Of a stretch of DNA of 54,625 nucleotides, positions 1 through 7,069 are shown piece after piece. Both the position numbers and the translations under genes were made by a program. Under the pieces are notes generated by a model. That model saw only the letters and a program-made list of their open reading frames with translations, searched no databases and was not told where the DNA came from. Within the stretch, counting starts at the first letter, position 1. Each line of letters starts with the position of its first letter. This DNA is from Verrucomicrobiota bacterium (GTDB lineage Bacteria; Verrucomicrobiota; Verrucomicrobiia; Limisphaerales; UBA9464). Location of the stretch: NCBI GenBank assembly GCA_043755815.1, contig JAYUSF010000108.1, forward strand, positions 1 through 54,625, written 5' to 3'.

Positions 1-1
1 A

Positions 2-2695
2 TTGGGAAACCGGGAAAATCTACCTCAGCCTCGTCCCCAAAACCCCACTCACCAACTGATGCTCACCGAATTTACAGAAAGAGCATTGCGCGGCCAACCT
101 GGGAACGGATCTTTGGACCGTCCAAATAGTGTCGCGTTAGACGAAGCGGGCAACGTCTATATCGCCGACACCTTCAACAACGCGATCAAGAAATGGACGG
201 CGACCAGCAAAACCGTCACTGAGTTGGTCAACTCGGGATTAAATCAGCCCTATGGCGTGGCCGTGGACGGCGCGGGCAATGTCTATATCGCTGACACTGG
301 CAACAACCAGATCAAGAAATGGACGGCCGCCAACAAGTCCGTCTCCACGCTGGTCTCCTCAAAGTTGAACGGACCCTATGGCGTGGCGGTTGACGGCGCC
401 GGGAATGTCTATTTTTCTGACAACCTTAACAACGCGATCAAGAAATGGACAGCCGCGAGTAAGACCGTCACCACGCTGGTATCTTCGGGGTTGTTCAATC
501 CCGCCGGGGTGGCGGTTGACGGCGCGGGAAATGTCTATATCGCCGACAGCAACTCAAACGCGCTCAAGAAGTGGACGGCGGCCGGAAAGACCGTCTCTAC
601 TCTGATCTCAGGGATAAACTTCCCCCTGGGCGTGGCGTTGGACGGCGCGGGAAATGTCTATATCGCTGAAACCGGCAACAGCCAGATCAAGGAATTGGCG
701 CGGGCGTTTGTCGACCCGACGGCCATCATGGAAGGGCCGGATGCTGGCAGCGATGTCCTGGAGTCCGTGTTGCCCGACTCGCAAAAGCTGCTGCCTCCCT
801 TCGCCCCGACCAGCAGCGAATCGTGGCTGACCCTCACCGGCGTCAGCAATGGCGTCGTGAGTTTTGCCTTCACGGCCAACCCCGGCCCAGAGCGCGCGGC
901 TGAGATCACCCTACTGGGCAGATCAATTCCCATTACTCAGGCTGGGAAGTCCAAAGTCGCGCTAGGCACCAACAATGTCGCGGTAGGAGCCTCGGCTGGA
1001 AGCGGCAGCGTGGCACTTGCCCTCTCCTCGCCGGCCGCTCCATGGGAGGCCAGGGCAAACGATCGGTGGCTCCATTTGAGTGCGAACAATCAAAGCGGCG
1101 TGGGCAGCACCAACTTGGTCTTCACCTATGACGCCAACCTTGGGCCCCCTCGCGTGGGCACACTGACCATCTCGGGTCAGACGCTCAGCGTGTCTCAGGT
1201 GGGTAGCAATTCCCTTGGGACGGCCACGCTCGTGGAAGGCCCCGCCAAAGGGACGGACAGCGTGGTTCTCGCAATGTTCGGATCGGTTTCCACCTGGACG
1301 GCCACAGCGAATGACGCCTGGCTCCATCTGAACCCCGCCAATCAAAGCGGCAAGGGCAGCGCGAATGTGGTCTTCACCTTCGACGCCAACCCGGGACCAA
1401 CGCGGACGGGCACGCTCAGTGTGGCCGGTCTGACCCTTGCCGTTACCCAGGCCGGCTCTGCCTACGTCACTGCGAACCCCCTCAGGAGTCTGGTCTCTGG
1501 TCGGCTGAATTCCCCCCTTGGGGTAGCGGTGGACAGCTCGGGCAATGTGTTTATCGCCGACACTCACAACAGTGCGATTAAGAAGTGGACTGTGGCCAGT
1601 GGCAGGGTCACCACGTTGGTTTCCGCGGGGTTGAATGAGCCGAGCAGCGTAGCAGTGGATCAGGCGGGCGGCGTCTATATTGCTGACACCTTCAACAACG
1701 CGATCAAGAAATGGACGGCGGCCAACCAAACCGTCACCACGTTGGTCGACGGCCTAAACTATCCCTTTGGTGTGGCGGTGGACGGCGCGGGAAATGTCTA
1801 TTTTTTTGACTCGCTCGGCCGCGGAATCAAGAAGTGGACGGCGGTCAGCCAAGCCGTGACCACGCTGGTCTCCCCGGTGAGTGGCGTGGACAAGGGTATG
1901 GCGGTGGACCGCGCGGGAAATGTCTATTTCGTCGGGATTGGGATCCAGAAGTGGACGGCGGCCAGTAAGACCCTCACCACGCTGGTTGCCTCGGAGTTTA
2001 CGTTTCCCAGCGGCGTGGCGGTGGACGGCGCGGGCAACGTGTATATCGCCGAAACCGAGCGGCATGCGATCAAGAGGTGGACGGCGGCCAGTAAGAGTCT
2101 CACCACGCTGGTTGCCTCGGAGTTGACGTATCCCAGCGGCGTGGCGGTGGATGGCGCGGGCAACGTGTATATCGCCGACACCGGGAATCATGCGATCAAG
2201 GTATTACCGCGGGCGTTAATTGACCCGACGCCAATGGCGGTATGGGCGGAGGCCGGCAGCGACGTCCTGCCGTCCGTGTTGCCCGCATCGCAGAACTTGC
2301 CGTCACCATTCGAGCCGAGTAGCAGCCAGTCGTGGCTGAGCATCACCGGCACCGGCAATGGCGTTGTGAGTCTTGCCTTCGCGGCCAATGACACCCGCGT
2401 TCCGCGCACCGCCCAGATCTTCGTGCTCGGCAAGAGCATCACCCTAACACAGTCGGGCGCGGCGAAGCCGGTCTTGGGTCGATCGGTTTGGCTACCGGAC
2501 GGGGCCTTCCAACTCAACTTCACCGGCACCGCCGGACTGTCCTATTCCGTGCTGTCCAGCACGGATCTGGCAATGCCGTTGGGTGCCTGGACCGTGGCTG
2601 GGCCCGCGGCGAACACGACCGGTGGCCAGTTTCAATTCACAACGCCAGTCTTGCCGGGGGCGGCGGCCAGATTCTTCCTCCTCAACGCGCCGTAG
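2..2695 (+). CDS. NHL-repeat (beta-propeller) and BACON-domain surface protein; 5' end probably incomplete
   Basis: About 11 copies of a ~42-aa NHL repeat (PxGVAVDGAGNVYIADTxNxxIKKWT) in two blocks, separated and followed by BACON-like modules (WL...G...V.FT..AN.G..R.GTL.IxG....VTQ). C-terminal FQLNFTG...STDL...W...RFF domain typical of verrucomicrobial secreted proteins. No signal peptide at the ORF start, so the true start is uncertain. Confidence 0.85.
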   Translation: MGNRENLPQPRPQNPTHQLMLTEFTERALRGQPGNGSLDRPNSVALDEAGNVYIADTFNNAIKKWTATSKTVTELVNSGLNQPYGVAVDGAGNVYIADTGNNQIKKWTAANKSVSTLVSSKLNGPYGVAVDGAGNVYFSDNLNNAIKKWTAASKTVTTLVSSGLFNPAGVAVDGAGNVYIADSNSNALKKWTAAGKTVSTLISGINFPLGVALDGAGNVYIAETGNSQIKELARAFVDPTAIMEGPDAGSDVLESVLPDSQKLLPPFAPTSSESWLTLTGVSNGVVSFAFTANPGPERAAEITLLGRSIPITQAGKSKVALGTNNVAVGASAGSGSVALALSSPAAPWEARANDRWLHLSANNQSGVGSTNLVFTYDANLGPPRVGTLTISGQTLSVSQVGSNSLGTATLVEGPAKGTDSVVLAMFGSVSTWTATANDAWLHLNPANQSGKGSANVVFTFDANPGPTRTGTLSVAGLTLAVTQAGSAYVTANPLRSLVSGRLNSPLGVAVDSSGNVFIADTHNSAIKKWTVASGRVTTLVSAGLNEPSSVAVDQAGGVYIADTFNNAIKKWTAANQTVTTLVDGLNYPFGVAVDGAGNVYFFDSLGRGIKKWTAVSQAVTTLVSPVSGVDKGMAVDRAGNVYFVGIGIQKWTAASKTLTTLVASEFTFPSGVAVDGAGNVYIAETERHAIKRWTAASKSLTTLVASELTYPSGVAVDGAGNVYIADTGNHAIKVLPRALIDPTPMAVWAEAGSDVLPSVLPASQNLPSPFEPSSSQSWLSITGTGNGVVSLAFAANDTRVPRTAQIFVLGKSITLTQSGAAKPVLGRSVWLPDGAFQLNFTGTAGLSYSVLSSTDLAMPLGAWTVAGPAANTTGGQFQFTTPVLPGAAARFFLLNAP

Positions 2696-2793
2696 GCCCG
2701 ATTGGGAGTCTGGTCCCAGCGGTGTAACGGATCGGACGGATTTACAGGAAGCCGCCAGCCGCGCCTCCCACGGTGCAGGCCGAACGGCCGCCC

Positions 2794-3055
2794 GAAGCGC
2801 GGCTCTCCGAGCCGCGAGCCAGGTCGCCTTCTCAACTGGAGACCCGCCCAAAGCGACTCAGAGAGTCGCGCTCCAAAGGTCGGCTCCGACAGACTTCGGG
2901 AGGCATTGTTCGCGAAACTCGCGCCGCTCGGAGTCGCGCGCGGCAAATCTCGCCAGCATCTTGGAATGCGTGTGTCTTGCCACCGCTTTTGCCCCGCGCA
3001 TCCCAAATTCGCCGTCAGGTGGTTGTGTTGCCTCGCGTAGCACCCAAAGCGGCAG
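2794..3055. repeat. Two degenerate REP-like inverted pairs in a convergent intergenic region
   Basis: gaagcgcggctctccgagccgcg (2794-2816) with gcgactcagagagtcgcgctcca (2853-2875), each a small hairpin, in inverted orientation; ttggaatgcgtgtgtcttgccaccgcttt (2961-2989) with aaagcggcag (3046-3055). Confidence 0.5.
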
Positions 3056-3136
3056 CTCCGCTGCGCTGCGCGATCGCACCCCAAGACCCTGCCGCATCAC
3101 TTCACCTTTCGATGCGCATCACGACCTTGTTGTGCT

Positions 3137-6100
3137 TCAGTCCACATAGAGGAACTCGTTCGCGCTGAGCAACGCCTGGCAAAGGTCCGTAAGCACCTGC
3201 CGTTCGGGCGTGGGCTTCGGTTCGGCCTTGGCCTTGTCGTCTTTCTTGGCCTTGTCGTCGGCCGGAGGCGGGGGAAGCGACGCGAGGTGGGCGAGTTGGC
3301 GTTGCACGAAGGCCTGCGCCTCGGCCTGTTCGGCGGCGGTGGGCGGACGCTGGAAGGCGAGCTGCCAGGCGCGGCGGACTTGCGCGGCGCGGTCGGGGCC
3401 GGCGTCGGTTTCCAGGCGGGCGGCGAAGCGGGCGGCCTGGTCGAGCAGGAACTGGCTGTTCATCAGCATCAGCGACTGCGTGGCCACGGTGCTGTGCTGG
3501 CGGCGCTCGCAGTTCACCTCCATCACGGGCGCGTCGAACGCGTGCAGCAGCGCCAGCGGCCGGCTGCGGCGCACCTGCACGTAAACCGAGCGGCGGAACT
3601 CCTCGCCGTTCAGCGAACCTTCCACGGGCATCTTGTTGTCGCCGGTCGTCTTGTCCTCGCCCACGACGATCTGCCCGTGGACATCGGGTCGCACGGGCAC
3701 GGGCGGGCCGAACTGTTTCCGATTCAGCGAACCGCTGGTGGCGAGCACCCCGTCGCGGATGACCTCGGCGTCGAGCCGTTGGACCGGCTTGCGCCAGTAA
3801 AGGCGGTTCTCCGGATCGCGCCGTTCCTGCTTCGGGTCGCGGCGCGAGGCTTGCCGGTAAGCCGTCGAAGTGAGGATGAGCTTGTGCAGGCGCTTGAGCT
3901 TCCAGCCGTGCTGCGTGAAGTCGCTGGCCAGCCAGTCGAGCAGTTCAGGATGCGTTGGCTTCTCGCCCATCGCGCCGAAGTCCGCCGGCGTGTTCACGAG
4001 GCCGCGGCCGAAGTGGTGGAGCCAGATGCGGTTCACCAGCACGCGGGCGACGAGCGCATTCGTGCCGCTGGTGAGCCACTGCGCGAAGGCCAGCCGCCGG
4101 CCGCTGGTGGCGAAGTCGGCGCGATTCGTCGGAAACTCGATGGGTTGTCCCGTCGCGCTGAGCACGCTGAGGCCGCCGGGCAGCACCGCGGCCTTGGGTT
4201 GGTGATAATCGCCGCGGTGGAAGACGTGGGTGACGGGCTGGTGATGGGCCGGTTCGGTCAGCACGCTGAGAAAATCCTCGGCCGGCTTCTTCGCACGGAT
4301 TTCGCCGATCTTGGCGTCCATCGCCTTCAGGTCATCGGCGGCCTTCGGGTTGTATTGGTAGAGGACGCCCGGGTTGATGTTCACGCTGGGGTTGTCGGCG
4401 AGCAGCTTCTTCTGCTCGGGTGTGCGCTTGTCGGCGGGCGTGTCGTAGGCGGCCCGCAGCGGTGCGCGCAGGGCCTCGTCGAACTTCTCGAGGTGCTTCG
4501 TCAGCGCGTCGGCAAGGTAGTCCTTCTGCTTGGCTTCCTTTTCGGCCGCGAGCTTCTGCGCCTCGGCTTCAATCGCGGCGGACTGCTTCCGGTCGTCGTC
4601 GGTGTAGAGCGAGACGAGGCGTTCGCCGGGCGTGCGCCACTGCCTGTAGTCGTAGGCGGGCTCGAACACGGCGCGCAGCCGGTAGTAATCGGCGTGCGGG
4701 ATCGGGTCGTAGCGGTGGTCGTGGCATTGCGCGCAGCCGACGCTCAGGCCAAGCAGGGAGGTGGAGACGATCTTCAGCGTGTCGGCCATGACCTGATTGC
4801 GAACGGCGTCCCGGTCGGTCAAGGCGTCCGTGGCCGACCCGTCCACGCCCATGCGAAGGTAGCCCGTGGCCACGAGGAGATCGCGGGACTCGGCGCTGGC
4901 GAGCGCGACGGAAGAAGCAGAGGCCTGCGTCGCTTGGGCGAGTTCATCGCCGGCGAGCTGTTCGGTGACGAAACGGTCGAACGGCTTGTCGTCGTTGAAG
5001 GCGCGGATGACGTAGTCGCGATACTTGTAGGCGTAGGCGCGCGGCGGATCGGCGTCGCTGTAGCCGTCGGAGTCGGCGTAACCCGCGACATCGAGCCAGT
5101 GCCGGCCCCAGCGCTCGCCGTAATGCTTCGACTCGAGCAGGCGGTCGATGAGTCGCTCGTAGGCGGAGGCGGAAGATTGAATCTGGAAGGCAGGAAAGCC
5201 GGAAGGGGAAGAGCTGTTTGAACGGTTTTCTTTCGTTCCTGTTTTCCTGCCTTCCAGATTCCTCTCCGCTTCGCATTCGCGCACGAACGACTCCACTTCC
5301 TCCGGCGTGGGCGGCAGGCCGGTGAGGTCCAGCGTCACGCGTCGGATCAGGGTCACGGGATCCGCGTCGGGTGAGAACTTCACCCCCGCTGGCTTCATTT
5401 CGCTGACTAGGAATGCATCCAGCGGCGTGCGCGCCCGATCGCGGCTTTTCGTCTTCGGCACCGCCGGCTCGCGGATCGGCTGGAACGACCAGAAGGAACG
5501 TTCCTCCTCGGTGATGCCGCTGGTGCCCTTCGGCAATTCAGTGGGTTCGGGTCGCGCGGTTTTCGCGCCGGTCGCGATCCATTGGCGGAGCAGGGCGATC
5601 TCGGCCGGCGTGGGCTTCTTGTCGCGCTTTGGCATCTTGCCGCTTTCGACCAGCTTCAGCAGTTCGCTTTGGTCGGGCTTGCCGGGCACGATGGCCGGGC
5701 CGTCGTCGCCGCCCGCGAGGAGCAAGCGCCGCAAGCGCACGTCGAGGCCGCCCTTGAGCTGCTCGCCCTCGCCGTGACAGTCGAAACAATGCGCCTTGAG
5801 GATCGGCCGGATGTCCTTTTCGAAGGTGGGCGCCGGAGCGGCGAGGGCGGAAGGTCCAAGAAGGAGTCCGAACACAACCAGAGCGGCGGCTTCCAACTTC
5901 CGCAACCGCCGACGTGAAGAGGCTCCAACTGGAGACGCTGAACCGGCCAACGATGAACCAAGGGCTGCGGGGCGGTGTGGTGCAACGACCGCTTCCCCCT
6001 CACCCCAACCCTCTCCCTCGGGGAGAGGGAGTTGCTGGCCGACGCGGAAAGACTCCGCACGCGCTTTGGACAAGGGCCACCTTGTTTTCGCCGGTGTGAC

Positions 6101-7069
6101 CACTGACTGAATCGAAGCACAGCGCGTTTGACAATCCACCGGCACCGTGGCGTTCCCCCTCTCCCCGAGGGAGAGGGCCGGGGTGAGGGGGAACCGGGCG
6201 TGGTTGAAAACCGCCGTTTGACCTGCAAACCAGCTCCGCACCAACCTCTCTGCGTGCCCCCCAAGTGTCTGACCCGCGTCGCACGCGCTCTGCGAAAGAA
6301 TGACACGTGGTCTGAACAGCTCATATGGGGCTGGCTGCGAGGACGACGGTTCGCAAGCTACAAGTTCCGACGCCAGCACCCGTTCGGGGATCATGTCCTG
6401 GATTTCTTCTGTCTCGAAGCATGGCTGAACCTTGAACTGGACGGTTCGGGTCACGGCTTCCCCGACCAGCGCGCCAAGGACGCCCTCCGCGATGCCGAAC
6501 TGGAGCGGAAAGGAATCAAGGTGCTGCGCTTCTGGAATGGTGATCTGCGCCGCAACGCCCGCTTCATTCAGGACATGATCTGGCAGGCATTGCAGGAGCG
6601 GGCTCCGCACCGCGGAACGGCCGGTAAGTCCTAAGCCCATGAAACTGCGGGAGGTTTCTTTCCCCTCACCCCAACCCTCTCCCTCGGGGAGAGGGAGTCG
6701 CCCGCTCACGGCAGACAACTCCGAAAGTAATTCTGACGAAGACCGCCCTGTGTCGCCCCCTACGATCGCGGACTGAATCGCAGCACTACGCGTTGGCCGA
6801 TCCGCTGACGCAGTGACATTCTCCCTCTCCCCAAGGGAGAGGGTCGGGGTGAGGGGGAACCGCGCACCAATGCAAGCCGCCGCGTGGTTCGTCAACGGAG
6901 CGCGGACGATCACGTCCGCGAGAATTGTTGAACGCTTCCGCGCGGTTCCGGCGAACTCGAGCGGCGACTTTCCAGTCGCCGAACCGAGGCGGCTGGAATG
7001 CCGCCCCTCCATCACGGTGTCCCCGCGGACGAGGCCGTCCGCGCTCCGCAAATGTCTCTCCGCCTTCAT
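3137..7069 (-). CDS. DUF1549/DUF1553 (PSD1) protein with N-terminal planctomycete cytochrome c domain; start either ATG 7069 (coupled to upstream gene) or TTG 5905 (signal peptide)
   Basis: FEKDIRPILKAHCFDCHG (CxxCH), WSFQP, LIRRVTLDLTGLPPT, YGERWGRHWLDVAGYADS, CAQCHDH, ARVLVNRIWLHHFGRGLV, QSLMLMN, ANEFLYVD. ATG at 7069 overlaps the TGA of the DUF1501 gene (ATGA) and is in frame; MRKLEAAALVVFGLLLGPSALA from TTG 5905 resembles a signal peptide. Confidence 0.9.
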   Translation of the reverse strand: MKAERHLRSADGLVRGDTVMEGRHSSRLGSATGKSPLEFAGTARKRSTILADVIVRAPLTNHAAACIGARFPLTPTLSLGERENVTASADRPTRSAAIQSAIVGGDTGRSSSELLSELSAVSGRLPLPEGEGWGEGKETSRSFMGLGLTGRSAVRSPLLQCLPDHVLNEAGVAAQITIPEAQHLDSFPLQFGIAEGVLGALVGEAVTRTVQFKVQPCFETEEIQDMIPERVLASELVACEPSSSQPAPYELFRPRVILSQSACDAGQTLGGHAERLVRSWFAGQTAVFNHARFPLTPALSLGERGNATVPVDCQTRCASIQSVVTPAKTRWPLSKARAESFRVGQQLPLPEGEGWGEGEAVVAPHRPAALGSSLAGSASPVGASSRRRLRKLEAAALVVFGLLLGPSALAAPAPTFEKDIRPILKAHCFDCHGEGEQLKGGLDVRLRRLLLAGGDDGPAIVPGKPDQSELLKLVESGKMPKRDKKPTPAEIALLRQWIATGAKTARPEPTELPKGTSGITEEERSFWSFQPIREPAVPKTKSRDRARTPLDAFLVSEMKPAGVKFSPDADPVTLIRRVTLDLTGLPPTPEEVESFVRECEAERNLEGRKTGTKENRSNSSSPSGFPAFQIQSSASAYERLIDRLLESKHYGERWGRHWLDVAGYADSDGYSDADPPRAYAYKYRDYVIRAFNDDKPFDRFVTEQLAGDELAQATQASASSVALASAESRDLLVATGYLRMGVDGSATDALTDRDAVRNQVMADTLKIVSTSLLGLSVGCAQCHDHRYDPIPHADYYRLRAVFEPAYDYRQWRTPGERLVSLYTDDDRKQSAAIEAEAQKLAAEKEAKQKDYLADALTKHLEKFDEALRAPLRAAYDTPADKRTPEQKKLLADNPSVNINPGVLYQYNPKAADDLKAMDAKIGEIRAKKPAEDFLSVLTEPAHHQPVTHVFHRGDYHQPKAAVLPGGLSVLSATGQPIEFPTNRADFATSGRRLAFAQWLTSGTNALVARVLVNRIWLHHFGRGLVNTPADFGAMGEKPTHPELLDWLASDFTQHGWKLKRLHKLILTSTAYRQASRRDPKQERRDPENRLYWRKPVQRLDAEVIRDGVLATSGSLNRKQFGPPVPVRPDVHGQIVVGEDKTTGDNKMPVEGSLNGEEFRRSVYVQVRRSRPLALLHAFDAPVMEVNCERRQHSTVATQSLMLMNSQFLLDQAARFAARLETDAGPDRAAQVRRAWQLAFQRPPTAAEQAEAQAFVQRQLAHLASLPPPPADDKAKKDDKAKAEPKPTPERQVLTDLCQALLSANEFLYVD
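5179..5261. repeat. In-frame palindromic element (GAATCTGGAAGGCAGGAAA arms) inside PSCyt gene 1
   Basis: Perfect 19-bp inverted repeat 5179-5197 / 5243-5261; translated as NLEGRKTGT...SGFPAFQI; absent from the paralog at 14144. Confidence 0.9.
5996..6196. repeat. Composite palindromic unit A: two inverted BoxC-like CCCTCACCCC..CCCTCTCCC...GGGAGAGGG hairpins plus spacer
   Basis: cccctcaccccaaccctctccctcggggagaggga (5996-6030) and inverted copy cccctctccccgagggagagggccggggtgagggg (6156-6190). Confidence 0.9.
6254..6634 (+). CDS. DUF559 / Vsr-like PD-(D/E)XK endonuclease-domain protein
   Basis: ARALRKNDTWSEQLIWGWLR..RF..YKFRRQHP.G..VLDFFC....L.LELDGSGH....DALRDAELE..GIKVLRFWN; likely GTG start at 6254, in frame with ORF 6128-6634. 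Confidence 0.9.
   Translation: MPPKCLTRVARALRKNDTWSEQLIWGWLRGRRFASYKFRRQHPFGDHVLDFFCLEAWLNLELDGSGHGFPDQRAKDALRDAELERKGIKVLRFWNGDLRRNARFIQDMIWQALQERAPHRGTAGKS
6662..6862. repeat. Composite palindromic unit B: direct repeat of unit A, offset 666 bp
   Basis: cccctcaccccaaccctctccctcggggagaggga at 6662 is identical to 5996; the right arm ends gggggaaccg at the same offset; spacers are colinear (gactgaatcg.agcac..cgcgtt.g.c.atcc). Confidence 0.9.
6897..7047. repeat. Nested REP-like pairs
   Basis: Outer pair ggagcgcggacgatcacgtccgcg (~6898-6921) / cgcggacgaggccgtccgcgctcc (~7024-7047); inner pair gcggcgactttccagtcgcc (~6961-6980) / ggcggctggaatgccgcccctcc (~6988-7010). Confidence 0.75.

Noticed and set aside
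2710-2790. tRNA-like start (ggtcccagcggtgtaacgg)
   Set aside because: No T-arm (GTTCRA) and no matching acceptor stem or CCA.
5996-6862. CRISPR array suggested by repeated 35-bp units
   Set aside because: Units alternate in orientation, spacers are over 120 bp and related to each other, and no cas genes are present.
5905-7069. Intein or self-splicing intron explaining the in-frame insert
   Set aside because: No Cys/Ser...His-Asn splice motifs, no LAGLIDADG or RT ORF, and no recognisable group I/II intron ends; the nuclease is antisense.
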